From positions 1-64,000 of the forward strand of contig JAQGDQ010000680.1 in NCBI GenBank assembly GCA_030141605.1: DNA of 64,000 bases, read 5' to 3'. This DNA comes from Tubiluchus corallicola. Lineage: Eukaryota > Animalia > Priapulida. How positions within the stretch are numbered: the stretch's first letter is position 1; every line of letters starts with the position of its first letter. A program made the translations under genes and the position numbers. The notes beneath the pieces are model-generated. The model did no database searches. It was not told the DNA's origin and saw nothing but the letters and a program-made list of their open reading frames with translations. This document shows, in pieces, positions 12,931 to 39,620 of this stretch.

Positions 12931-15140
12931 TAAAACATAGAGAAATGTTGAAAAAAGAGTATTCATAGTATATAGTATTCATGACAAACATCGTGGCAAT
13001 GTTAAAAGGCACAGGAAAAATAGAAAAAAAAGAAACACCAAACACTGTGGAAATAATAATACATGTAATAATGAAGATAGATCCAAGTTTGCAATAAGTT
13101 TAAATTATTTTTTGTCTTTTAAACTGGTAACACAAGTGAGATTACGGGGATTACAGTACAAAACTCAGAATCTCCAGGTTAGCTATAAAGGCAATTATAC
13201 AAACGCAATATGCTTGCATTAGTCTATAATTATATTCTTCTTGTATCCAACTTCTATATGCTGTATTTCTGTATAACAGTATGTTGGTTGCTGTAGGCAC
13301 ATATTAGCGAAGTTCTTATTGAAATTCCACTTCTGTCATGTTACTCAAACCAAATTCTAAAAAGTACACAATATATATCTACGAGTCTGTGAAGTGTTGC
13401 TTTGTCAATGCATAGGCCAGTTAGACCTATAGCCTACGCCACACAAAAAACTGCATACTTAGTTTGTTGATAAATCATATGCACGACAAAATAACCAAAT
13501 CTAACGTTATCGGAATTTGTGAAAAATTCAAATTTGTAGTGATTAATCATTAAATGTTTGTACAAATACGAATTCTATTCTTGGTTTAATGAAGCTGAAA
13601 TTTATATAAACATTAATTTTGTTATCTGAAAAAGAAATTGTTAGACTTATCAGACACCAAAAAGCTAAAACGATGCTTTTGACCACAATGATGTTTTTTG
13701 GAAACATTGCGGCCTTGCACAATAGACAGTTATAATTGCCTGCATTATTCTTAGCTTTTTGGTTTTGTAGTTTTTTTTTATACATTCACATGCATTGATT
13801 ATATATAGACTTTCATAACTGAACAAGTGTGAAAGTGACGGTTACAACTGTTCAAAAATAGATAAATCAGAGCTGGATGATGTCGTACGTCCCCTGACAC
13901 TCATGTTTCACACCTTGAGGATCTTGATGTTTGAGATAATATCATTCTTTTTGGCCAAATATGGTTTAAAATTAGGAAGTAAAGGTCCGCAAACAGCAAT
14001 AACTTTCGAGCGCTGCCTCCTGGTTAAAACGTTTTTGTATCCAAATTTCGTACAGACAGTTTCGTACAACTGGCATTTTTAGCTATATTTTGCAATTTTT
14101 ACATTTCTTCTATGGTCACTGAATTCCATTGCCTAAATGTTCTCACCTATCATCTACCTCTTACCACTTACACTTGACATTTTTTGGGACAAATCCTGCC
14201 ATCATAACCCTGTAGCTCGAATCTTGGCTTTTCCTTCCCTGGGAGTCAGTGAGGAGATTTGTCATAGCTGGGTTGCCAATAAGTGACAGACGCAATCACT
14301 TTTAACAATATTTCCTCGCTTCAAGCCGACTCAGATTCTCTCACTATACACACCATTCTGGATCCTCCCCTTCCCCTCTCGAGGGCACATGGTCATTGCA
14401 GACCAACAGATCACCCAAATTAAAAACTGTCACCCATCACCTAACATCTACACTTGAAATTTTGTGTGACAAAACCTGTCATTATAACAATACAATTGAA
14501 AATGTTCAAATCCCGGATCCGCCCTCCCTTCTTCTCATGACATATCAGTCTAATTCTTTGCAATGGGCTGGCTCTATTTCTCTATTACACCCATTATTCT
14601 GGCTCTTCTATGTGGGAGGGAATTGCACTTGTTGCCTATGAATTACATTTGACAATTTGAGAGACCAAAACAGCCTTTGCAACACTATAGTAGTATTAGA
14701 ATTCTGGTTCCACCTCCCCCTGGAAGAAGGGGGCTAAAATAGTTTTGTCAATGTTGGATTGGCAGTAGTGACAGGTCACTTTTTGCACTGAACTGCCCCC
14801 CAAGTGGTTCAGGTATAACCGAATTAAACGCAATTTTTGAATGGACGGTTAATGATGGACACTGCATGACCGGCTTGCGGCATAAAATCCTTATAGATTT
14901 GGAAAGTCAGGGGACACAGAAATCAGTTCATGTAGGAAATAGGCAGTCTTACAGAAACATGTGCACAATTGTAAATGTTTTTCACATTTGCACTCATAAA
15001 TACAGCAAGATAACTGGAATGTTACTTTTCTATAGAGTAGAGAATTACCTTATTTACATATAAAACTGGAAGATACAGTAGTAAAAATGCTCTGAATAAA
15101 TAAAACTGTAACAATAATTATATTTATACATGTATATTCA

Positions 15141-15141
15141 A

Positions 15142-15175
<34 letters not shown>

Positions 15176-15200
15176 CATATAATATATATATACATATACA

Positions 15201-15230
<30 letters not shown>
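15141..15230. repeat. (TA)n microsatellite with CA interruptions
   Basis: Directly visible in the sequence. Confidence 0.95.
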
Positions 15231-15231
<1 letters not shown>

Positions 15232-16115
15232 TGCTAGAATTACTAAAATTATAAAGATAAATAATAAATAATTTTAGTTGCTGCAATTATAATTACTAGA
15301 GCAATGTCACTTTTCAGCACACAGTCTCTCGTTATTTTTGTGGTCAGGGTGCAACATGAAGGAGTTCATTAAGTATGCAATTACAAAATTTTTTACAAAC
15401 AAAATGTAATTTAATGATGCAAGTCCTAAGCCAAAAATATTCATAGCATATTATTAGTTCGCTATACTTGTTAAGTAATTATCAAAGAATAGAACTGGTA
15501 CAGGCCCTACCGTAAATACTGGCAATAAGGCTTAATTGCTTTTCATAGGCTATATTTATTTACATAATCCAATATATACAACAGCTTGGCAGATGTTCTT
15601 CTGTACTAACAATTTTGCTCATTTTTGGCAATATAGCATCTTTCATTAGCATGCAAGCTAAAAAAATTTCAGTGGCATTTACTTTTTGTGAGCTTTCTTG
15701 ATTGTGGGCATTTGAGGTTGCAATAAAGTTAATGTTTTATAATTTGTATCGTAATTGTGGAGTATAATCCCAAGTAAATAAGGCATTTCAGCAGTGATTT
15801 CACCACCCGAGGATCGAAACCATCTATTCTTCAGCGGTAAAAGAGACCTGTACAAGTTCTCTGGAAGGCACATGCATTTCTTTGACGTGATATTCAGTTT
15901 CCTTCTTAGAAAGAATCATGGCTAAACTCAAACCTACATTATAGGCTATATTTCTTCAGTGCACAAGTGCTCCACTGAAATTCTCAATCTCCACTCGGTT
16001 AGTGCAAATTCTCTGTACATGCTAATAAATATATCTACAGTCGCTAGAAAAACACTGTGGCATGACTTGTATATTACTACACATCCTTTAGTCAGAGATT
16101 TATCTTTCATCACAG

Positions 16116-30256
<14,141 letters not shown>

Positions 30257-31779
30257 GAGATTTTCTGGGTAATGCTGCCATAGGTAATACTGGAAGAGTT
30301 TGAAACAAAGACGTCCACAGTCTAAAACCATTGACAACAGTACATAGTCAACTCTATGTCAAGTTCTGTTATTTTTATGCAAAACATCCTTATGCAATAA
30401 AGAGAAAATTAGATGGAGATAGCAAACGAGTGGTAGAGCCGCAAACTGCAGGCAAAAACTTTAGCGGCAACTCTTGATATAAGATGTTCAAATGTTCAAG
30501 TAGGAGAAGCAGTACCTGTAATAAAAGAAGTAAAACATTATTTAAGGAAAAATTGGCAGCTTGTTATTTCTACCCTAAGAGAAGTTCATAAAATATCCAA
30601 AGTATGACTATTATTAGAAACACAATAACTGATAAAAAGAAAGGAAGGAAGACTTAAAACTGCTATGTGACAATCTCATCTGCAGTCTGCAAAATTTTAC
30701 AAAACATTAGAGTGTTTAGCTCGTCAAGCTTCATTTCGTAGCAGGGCTACCTATTCATCTCGTATATATTATTTACATTATTATTTTTAAGCAATTTATA
30801 TTGTATTAAAATTTAAGCCACCTGCATTAAGCTGGTCCTCTGAGCTCGGAGAATGCCAAACTTTTTAAAGCTGTTAGTTTTGCTGAAATTGTGGTTAATT
30901 TATTTTGTTTCTAGTGAACTACACCTCACGCACTCAGAATCACTCCAGCAAGAGCTGACAATGAAATAATAAATAAGTGTGAACTATGGAACGTTTGGTT
31001 TTCATAAAAAGTGCACTTGTGTATGAAACTCATTTTATTGTAGTGTACTAACTTCATCGTGAACTGCGCATGTGCTAATCAACGTGTGAATATTCCACGT
31101 ACTGATCCTAAAACAACGGTAAAAACATCGAGAGTGATTTACATGGCTATCACGACGTCTTAATGCAAAGCGTAGAGCAGAAGAATGCATAAAGGCGACG
31201 GTTTTCCAAGTAATCAATGAACGTTCTAGGAAACGCAAGCAAACCACATGCCCAAATATGGGAGTGAGTGGGATGGAGCGGCTACTGCTGACGACATGAA
31301 GATCGTTATTCAAATGAGCTTCCGAGCATGCAGAATCCACAATACCTCAAGGCTGACTGACTGCGAAGCCATGCATACTGTACAGACAAGACAGTTGCGC
31401 AATAAATTCAAAACAAACGTCGTGAGCTAGGTATAGACACAACAACGTATGGACGGTTACAAAACAAAACAAAAACAAGAAAGCAGAAAACAATAATTTA
31501 TGGATTTAAGTAAAAAAATAACGTTAAAAAGAAAAAGATATAAACATAAAAATAAGTCAATAGTAACAAAGACAACATTAAAAAAGCAGACATGGATAGA
31601 TAAATTAATGGATAGAGAGACCTGGGGCCTGATTCATATACTGCACTTACGACCAATTGTAAAGGTTACCAACATGTAAAAAAATACAAAACCATAAAAA
31701 ATCGTGAAAAGAAAAATATATGAATTAAAACCAATAAAATTCCGTCTAATAAAATTGATTTGCTTTAAATTCAAAATTT

Positions 31780-32300
31780 AATTGAAAATTTACCCGCCCT
31801 TATTAATATTGATCACATGTTTGTATTTTTAATCAGCTCTGCTTCAGCCAATAATCTTTCTACATGATCTTTAGCTCTAAATAATACACACGCATTAAAA
31901 GGGGCTGATAGCAAAGAGTTATGGTTTTTATAATGTTCTCCGCAGAAGGAAGCAACAGTATGATTTTTACAGTATCGCATATGCTCTATGAGACGATCTC
32001 TAACAGGTCGTTTGGTTTGCGTAATGTTATGCAATGTAGAATTCCTGGCAGAAAGCACAGTGCAGTTTGTAAACCATGCTTTGCCCATCCAGTACTTTTT
32101 TTTACATATTAGTAAGCTTTAGAAATGTATCTCACATCAATTTTATTCAACATTTGTTCAACTAATGCACCACAGACACATACGGTATTCATTAAGAGAC
32201 TTGGTAGTATAATTCTGTCTTTTCTCATCTAATCATCTGTTTCTGACAGTTATTTACTCTAAACAGCTATAAAGTCAATAGGCAAATATTTGGTTATTTT
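31780..32300 (-). mobile_element. Penelope-like retroelement, GIY-YIG endonuclease remnant
   Basis: The minus strand reads MVYKLHCAFCQEFYI, then a frameshift, then QTKRPVRDRLIEH...RLLAEAELIK, matching the PLE VY...C..C...YIGQT.R....R..EH pattern. Confidence 0.8.
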
Positions 32301-34039
32301 TCAAGAACTTAGCTATATCTAATGGACGCCAGGCATGTTTGTCAGTTTAATTTTCATGTTGTTTTCTTAATTGTGGAGTTGATGAAGTCCGAGAGGACAA
32401 AAGCTCCTTAAAGGATTTCTGAGATTTACTTTGAAATTACTCACAAACTGACGAAATTCACTTAATTCGAATATTTTCCTTTTTTGTTTAACTCATGTTT
32501 CCAATAAGATTTCTAGTTCAAACTTGAGCAAAAACAGCGCAATCAGCAGCAAGACATTTATCCACAAGTTGGTAATAAAATTTGCATTGAGTTACAGCTG
32601 TTTTGCCGTGACAGACAGCTAACTAATAAACGCGACTTTATTAGTAAACTAAATAAATAACTAAAATCACTAATGGTCGCATGTAATGCAGATGTAAAAA
32701 ACGCTCGTGAAGCTCGGACCTCTTTCAGTGCAGATGCTGCTTAAGACACACATAAAAAATTCACAAACTAAACAATTAAGTTAACGCATCCTAGGTCGTA
32801 CCCTTTTAAAGCACACCAAGCGTCTAATAATATAATAATACTACATGTATTATGATATAGTACTAGTTAAACTGCTGCACTAGTTATACTGACGCTAAAT
32901 TTTGATTTATAGTCGCGTCAAAATTATGATTGACGAGAACTGATTTTTTGTGAAGCTCGTTTAGAACTGTTATTACTGTTTTTATGTACTAGATGTTTCT
33001 GTAATAAAAAAGGCAGAGTGTTCAGTGTTAGATGTTTATAAGTGCCGAAATGTCTCACGCCCAAGTGTCCCCGTGCCCAAATGGCCATACCCAAATGTCA
33101 CGTATCCTTTAATTTACTACTGACTTCGTTTACACACAATGGGTGCAGCCTGTCTGTTGCAGAAGCGCTTTCAGGAGACAATAATCACAAAAAAACTGCT
33201 AATAGTAGCACAAAGTGTGCGATGGATAATCATGGATTGTGTTTTACAAAATGAGATTTGCCAAGTGTTTGCCTTTCTTCCATATAAGTTTCTTCGAATG
33301 TTTAGCTTCAATTCTCCTCATCATTACACTGCCTTTTGTTTTTCTTTCTCTTCTTTTTTTACCGAGTTTTCATTTACAAAATTAAATAGTAGTATCCTAG
33401 CATGTCCCGCTAGTCCCCATAATTTTAAACATCCAGGAAATCAAATGTATACATTTTAACGTAAGTACTAATCCGCTAATTATCTTTTTTATAATTATTA
33501 TTTTTGTTACTGTGTTAATTTTTTATCATTTTGTATTCTTTGTGGTTTTTTTTTGTAAAAATGTGGTACCTAATAAATTATGATAATAATAATATAAAAC
33601 ATTTCGCGCATACTCTCAGCAGTTAACAGCTAACAGCAATTGTAATGAAAGGCACAGCAACACGAGCCACGAAATGAGGCCATAAATATAAAAAAATCTA
33701 CCAATATTCCAGATTCATAATACCTAATACAGCAATAGCTAATATTTTACTATTTTTGCAGGTCATTGCATTGTCTGAAAAGCATTTCTGTCCGTGTTCT
33801 GAATTTTAGTACGTTTAATCGTTAGCTTTGAGTTGACGCCTGACGGCCATACTTAATAATAATGACGCAGTATACTAAGCTTATATAGGATTTTTCATTA
33901 CATATGCGCGACGTGTATCTTATAGGCATCATAGGTTTCATTATAGGCATCTCAGTAATTATTTCACCGTTGTTACACATTTCAGTAAGTGACAAAACCT
34001 CTATGATTTCGCTCGGACGCTCGCACCCGCAGGTGGCGG

Positions 34040-34200
34040 TAGCAGTAAGATTTCCACCGGCAGCGGCATAACAGTCTTGCACTACAGCTTACAGCCACAC
34101 CACATACGCTGATTAGTACGCGCAGTACACGTCATGCGACGCCATTTTTATTGTTTTCGCACTGTGTCGCAAAGCTTCAGTCGGATTAATTACTGCCGTT
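34040..34200. promoter_or_regulatory. Probable bidirectional promoter between MAP3K13 (-) and SMCO4/CYB5D2 (+)
   Basis: Locally CpG-rich, with a CRE-like ACGTCA (~34129) and a YY1-like CGCCATTTT (34140-34148). The kinase exon acceptor at 30516 requires an upstream non-coding exon; a candidate minus-strand donor lies at about 33723. Confidence 0.55.
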
Positions 34201-34221
34201 ATTAGTGCACAAGTTTCTGTT

Positions 34222-34398
34222 ATGCGGCAACTGAAAGGGAAGGTGAAAGAATCAAAGAAAGAGAAAAGAGAACGCAAATCAGAAAATGCTAAAGGACGTG
34301 GATTAATATGGAAAATAGCATTGCCCATCTGTGTTATTATTGCGGCAGCTGTAGTACTATTCGTTTATGTTGGAACTCGGCCAAAAATTGAATTTTAG
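34222..34398 (+). CDS. SMCO4: Single-pass membrane and coiled-coil domain protein 4 homologue (58 aa)
   Basis: Hand translation: MRQLKGKVKESKKEKRERKSENAKGRGLIWKIALPICVIIAAAVVLFVYVGTRPKIEF*. The MRQLKGK start and FVYV.TRP end match SMCO4. It falls below the 60-aa cutoff of the ORF track. Confidence 0.93.
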   Translation: MRQLKGKVKESKKEKRERKSENAKGRGLIWKIALPICVIIAAAVVLFVYVGTRPKIEF

Positions 34399-36266
34399 AT
34401 TCGTTAATGTATGTGGACTAGCATAGTTTATCGTAGGTACAGTTCTGTAATGTACTAGCAGAAGTCTATGAATGATATAAAGTTTAATTATTATAACCTG
34501 AAATTTGTGTTAACAATGCAACGAAAAAAGCTAATTTTTAGCAAAAATTAGTGAAAAAAGTCTTAAACTACTATGTATGGTGTTTCAATGCTAAAACCTT
34601 CTGAAACTAAACGAAGCAAAATGGTAAAAATTCAAATTTTATAAGCACTATTAAAAAATCGAGTTTTAATTAACTTTTGGACACGTAATACTAATACTAA
34701 TAGACAGTGGGAAGACTGCTGTTGCTTTCAGATAATGGATACCTTTTATAATGGTTCCAAAAACTCCTGATTCGCTAATAAGAACAGTGAACATTTTATT
34801 TGGCATTGGGAAGCATTACGATGCATTGAATTCTGCTATGTAATTTCGACTGGTTGCTATGCAATTTTAAATTTGAATTACATTTATCTGCTATACATTT
34901 ACAAAAGCATGGAAACACTTGAAAAGATCTTAGAACATCAGTAATTTACACAATTAAAATTGCTTCAAAGTCACCAAAGGACGTTCTTAAAGCTAATCAA
35001 AGATTATATAAAGCTGTTTTTGATACAGTTATAACTAGAGCCCAGAGCTTTTCAGCTGAGCTCAAGGCTGTTTACTTCTACAGTCGACCTAGCTGATAAA
35101 AAAACCCAGCTTTAGTCTGCCAACCGCTCAGTGTTGGGAGTCGAGCTAGCTGACATTTTTGCCGGCTGCGAAGATTTTCGCTCTTGCGATAATCACGCGA
35201 CACTGCATATCACTGGTTGAAATATGGCAAATGTATAGAAAGCTGGTCAATTCAAAATTAAATACACAAATAGGTAACGTTAGTCACACGTATGGAATCA
35301 TTTTGGTATTGATTCGTCGGTAATCAAGATAAGCTTCACCAAGAGTTAGATTTCAATAAACCCATTGCTTTTTTATAATAATAAATCACTAATGGATTAT
35401 TTGAATTTGTACATCAGCTTTTTCCTGTGTATAAGCAACACGAATTGTTTAAAAAATTGTCTGCATAGCAGCTAATAATTGATTTTTAAAGTAACATTTT
35501 CTCTGAAGTAAAGGGTAATCCTGTATGTAATTTAAATAACAACAAGACCATACTTCTTGCTGATTCTTTAATATGCCAACTTGTCGAAGAATCAATAAAT
35601 GCGAATAAAACTCCTAACATCTTTTTATAAGAGTTGTGATCAAAGTAATAAAAACTGTATTGCTTGCTTTAACATCATTAATTTATCCTCTGAAAATGAA
35701 CTTTTCCTGCAAAACTCAAAGAATATATATAACATATACAATTGTTTTAATATTCAAAGCAATAGAAACGGAGATAACATGCCAGACAAAACTTGTCTCT
35801 TTTTTATATATTTCTTTAAAAGTAGAAATTAATCCCTACAAATGTAAGTAAAACAGTAATGTTAGAACTAGTTTATGACAAGTTCAGAGAGCAGTACAGT
35901 AAATGTTAACATATTAGTTTATTTTTAGTCACAAATACTAGGATTTGCAACAACTATCATGTTTCCACTAACATTACTGTAAGTTACAAATACTGCTGCT
36001 AATTTCATTACCATTGTGCAACTTTGTGTGAAATAATCTAAATAAACTAAAACATTTTCAAAGCATTGAGTGCAACTAATAATGAAGTCTGACAGGAAAA
36101 CAAATAAAAAAGAAATGAGAATTCTACTGTTACCTTAAATTGCATTTTTTTACTTCTAGCAAACAAGAAATTGGAGCTCCAGACAACTAATTTCAACAAA
36201 CTTTCTATTTAGGGTGAAGCCAACTAATTTGTGATACAGCTTAAATGAAAGGTTTCCATTCCTATA

Positions 36267-37148
36267 ATGTTCAACAGAACTGTTGCTATTGGTTGTCTAA
36301 CTGTCGTTTTTGCTGGAATATTCTTTCAGTACTATCCTTTAGACTATGTTATTGGTGATCACGCTCAGTATATTTTAGAAAAACTGAAAGATTTTTATGG
36401 AGATCCAGAAAAACTCAATTCTAAAGATGAGGTGAATGACAAAACAGATGAGTCTGTAAAAATTTTCTCAGCAGCTGACTTGTCTACGTATACAGGAGAA
36501 AGAAATAGTCCTGGACTGTACTTGGCAATATTAGGCAACGTTTATGATGTTGCGAAAGGCGAGAGACATTATGGTCCTGGTGGTGGCTATCATGGATTTG
36601 CTTCAAAAGATGGCACTAGGGCATTTGCAACTGGACAGTTTACAGAAGATGGGTTGATACCAGATGTAAGTGGTCTTAGCCATCACGACATTCTTAGTAT
36701 AGAAGACTGGGATGCATTCTACAAGAAAGATTACCTTTATAAGGGAAAGCTGCAAGGTTGGTATTATAATGAAAATGGTAAGCCTACTGAAAAATGGCAC
36801 GAATATAAGAAGCTGCTAGAAGCTGCCAAAAAGTTTAAGCAAGCCGAGGTAGATGAACAGAACCTATTCCCACCATGTAATTCAGAATGGGCACAAGGCA
36901 AGGGAGGGAGGCTATGGTGTTCAAACAAAAGTGGTGGCATACAGCGAGATTGGGTTGGCGTACCAAGAAAATTGTTCAAACCCGCAACTGGAAAATACCG
37001 CTGCGCATGTATTAGAACTACTGGTCCATCATCTGACCAACTCGAAGCAAAGCAACACAATAACAGAGGTGATTTAGATAATCCAAACCTGAAAGAATAT
37101 GATAACTGTGCTCCTGCATCTGAATCTTGCCCATTGCCTGAATCGTGA
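36267..37148 (+). CDS. CYB5D2: Neuferricin (cytochrome b5 domain-containing protein 2, MAPR family), intronless CDS
   Basis: N-terminal hydrophobic segment, LYLAILGNVYDV..G..HYGPGGGYHGF...D.TRAF.TG heme-binding domain, and C-terminal FPPCNSEW...WCS..SGG..RDWVGVPRKL...RCAC. Confidence 0.96.
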   Translation: MFNRTVAIGCLTVVFAGIFFQYYPLDYVIGDHAQYILEKLKDFYGDPEKLNSKDEVNDKTDESVKIFSAADLSTYTGERNSPGLYLAILGNVYDVAKGERHYGPGGGYHGFASKDGTRAFATGQFTEDGLIPDVSGLSHHDILSIEDWDAFYKKDYLYKGKLQGWYYNENGKPTEKWHEYKKLLEAAKKFKQAEVDEQNLFPPCNSEWAQGKGGRLWCSNKSGGIQRDWVGVPRKLFKPATGKYRCACIRTTGPSSDQLEAKQHNNRGDLDNPNLKEYDNCAPASESCPLPES

Positions 37149-39180
37149 TTTTAAGCTCAAAGTCTGATTTGCACATCAAAAATCATCACAGCTAAACACA
37201 AAGCCTGAATCTTCTATATTTTTTATTTTATTTTCATCTCAGGTACTATGTATTAGTTTGTAATCAGCAACTGTAAGACTGTAACGATCATGTAAGGCTC
37301 AAAACTGTTTAAAATTATTAGGTTGGCGACCTAGACATGAGTTAGTCCCCTTTTGTAATTTACGTCTTCATGGCAATGTATTAATTATAATTTTATATTG
37401 TATTATAATGTAATTGTGCCTAGAATATGAAGTGTTGTTAAACGACATTGGGAAAATAATTACTAAATAATTCTATTGTGTGTGTATGACTTGCCTGTTA
37501 TGAAAATTTGTGGCGAAATGTGATTAATTGGGACCAATGGTGAAGTTTTTTCTTGTTAAATAAACGACTATATGCATACAGCACTGTTTGAATTACACAA
37601 GTGCAATTCGCATACGTACGTACGTAGACAAATCTTACGTACGTACAAGGCATACACTTTCCTAAAAAGCTGACTGAAATTCCATGCTATCATAAAATTT
37701 TGTTTATTGTATGAGTCCAGTTTGGTTGTTTTCCATTTATATGTTGGGTCAGACAAAGAAATTTTAGCTGTGCATGTAGGCCAAACTAACGTTCAGAGAC
37801 CACCGGACATATGGAAATGCTATTTTTCTGTGCTGCTTCATTCTTCTTCATGGGGAATTGCGATTTTTCCACTGCAAATGTAGATTAAATGCGCCCTTCT
37901 CAAGAACAAATAAGACATCTGATTATCTGTGTCTATGTTTATAACAATGAATACACTATAAAAACGTCATATAAGCCATAGACTGTAAATGTTCTATAGA
38001 TTTAATTCTTAATAACAGGAATAGTAATAAAAAATTAAAAAAAAAAATCGCAATTAAAATAATGAAAAAGCACAACACCTCAAACGACGACTATGGTTTA
38101 TTATCAGGTGAAAAAAGGTAAAAAATCACATGAAGTTACAAGTACTACTTTTGTTTGGTTTTCATATTTATACAAAATTACCACACTTCAAAGAAGGATA
38201 CAATAATATGTTACAAAACAAAGCACAGTAAATAAAAACACAAGGAAAAACACAAAATGCAGGAAACAGAGTCACCAGGGCAATACAGTAACAGTAAGCT
38301 CGAGCTTTTGATCCATTTTAAGTGAAATAAAAAAAGTTTGGCTATTTACTTTACTAGGTTGGTAGCTTGTACTGCAATTTCTGTTACACATGTATATTTT
38401 GGATTATTTTATATCGGCCTATTGATTTTGAGAACTACTAATACATTTACATTTGTTTAATTTATTTTTTGTGATTTTGCACAGATTGTTTTTCTTGTAT
38501 TTACCTAAAGTTGGAAAGTGTCTCACTAATTGACCAATTGCATTTATTCGTATAACACACAAATTTAATCTGCCTTTGCAGAGAAATGACATACTTGCTC
38601 AAAAATTTAATCCTCCTCCAAGAAAGATGACGTAAAGGTGATGCAAAGCATTGGGTTACTCGTTTGACACATATTACATATGCATGTATGTTTTTCTCGC
38701 ACATATCGTAAAAATGTACGAACTTTAGTAACATGCAATGCCCAACTGGTATGTTATTTAGAAAATCATTTACTGTTGTCATGGATCCTGTTTCTTTGTA
38801 AAAATTTAGCATACACAGAGTTTGCCTCATGATGAGTAACCTAAAAAGGGAAAGGAGTAGCAATTCATCATTAATGCCTTTAAACAGCCAGAGATGTGAT
38901 TTTGGCTCCTGACCTACCCTTTTGAACAGACATCTGACGTAATTATGATTTTTATGTGTTGCAAAGGGAAGATAACTTTTTCTTTGAAAATAGGGATAAA
39001 TGCATTTGTTTTTATTTTTATTATTATCTTAAAAGGCATACGAATCTACTGATGGACTGTGGACATTTTCATATCACTGGAAATTAAATACAAATTTATA
39101 TTAAGCACAGCAGAACTGTTTCTATAGTGACGTGCAGTAGATCGCGAAACAAAGCATGCAACCAGTTAGGGGGTCTATGG

Positions 39181-39620
39181 TGACTTCTCTTGTCGTCCTT
39201 CAAAATATTGCACGTCCACCTCAAATAGATTAGTCGGTGGGAACAACCGTTAAACAGGGAATAACCGTAAAACGAGAGAATTTTTCCAGTTTATTGCTAC
39301 CATGCATGGTTACAAGGGTTTTGGACACAGGTTATTTCGTCAAATAGATAATTTGGACACATAGGACATTTGGACACGTAGGACATGTGGACACAAGGTA
39401 ATTTGAAAACATAGGACCTTTGGACAAACGATAATTCGAAACAGAAGACTTTTGGACACTAGGCGTTTTTCACGGGATATTTAGACAGGAAGGTAATTTG
39501 AACACATTAACCGTTTACACACCAAAATACCATTTGGATTCAGTCCTGAGATCGTACCATTTATCAACATTGGTTATTTAGTTATACCCTGTTCTTGTAG
39601 ATGGGTGAATTTAAGTTTCT
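39181..39620 (-). pseudogene. Decayed duplicate of 59428-59885 (exon fragment plus left arm of the TGTCCAAA element)
   Basis: 39184-39241 CTTCTCTTGTC-GTCCTTCAAAATATTGCACGTCCACCTCAAATAGATTAGTCGGTGGGA nearly matches 59428-59486. It is followed by the shared TTCCAGTTTATTGC flank and the repeat arm. Confidence 0.8.

Noticed and set aside
30735-30765. Minus-strand GTAGC/GCTAC hairpin followed by GAAA as a hammerhead
   Set aside because: There is no recognisable CUGANGA box at the correct spacing.
36603-37077. Overlapping or antisense ORFs within CYB5D2 (similarly 55361-56142 within PIGS)
   Set aside because: These are shadow frames of real coding sequence with no recognisable motifs.
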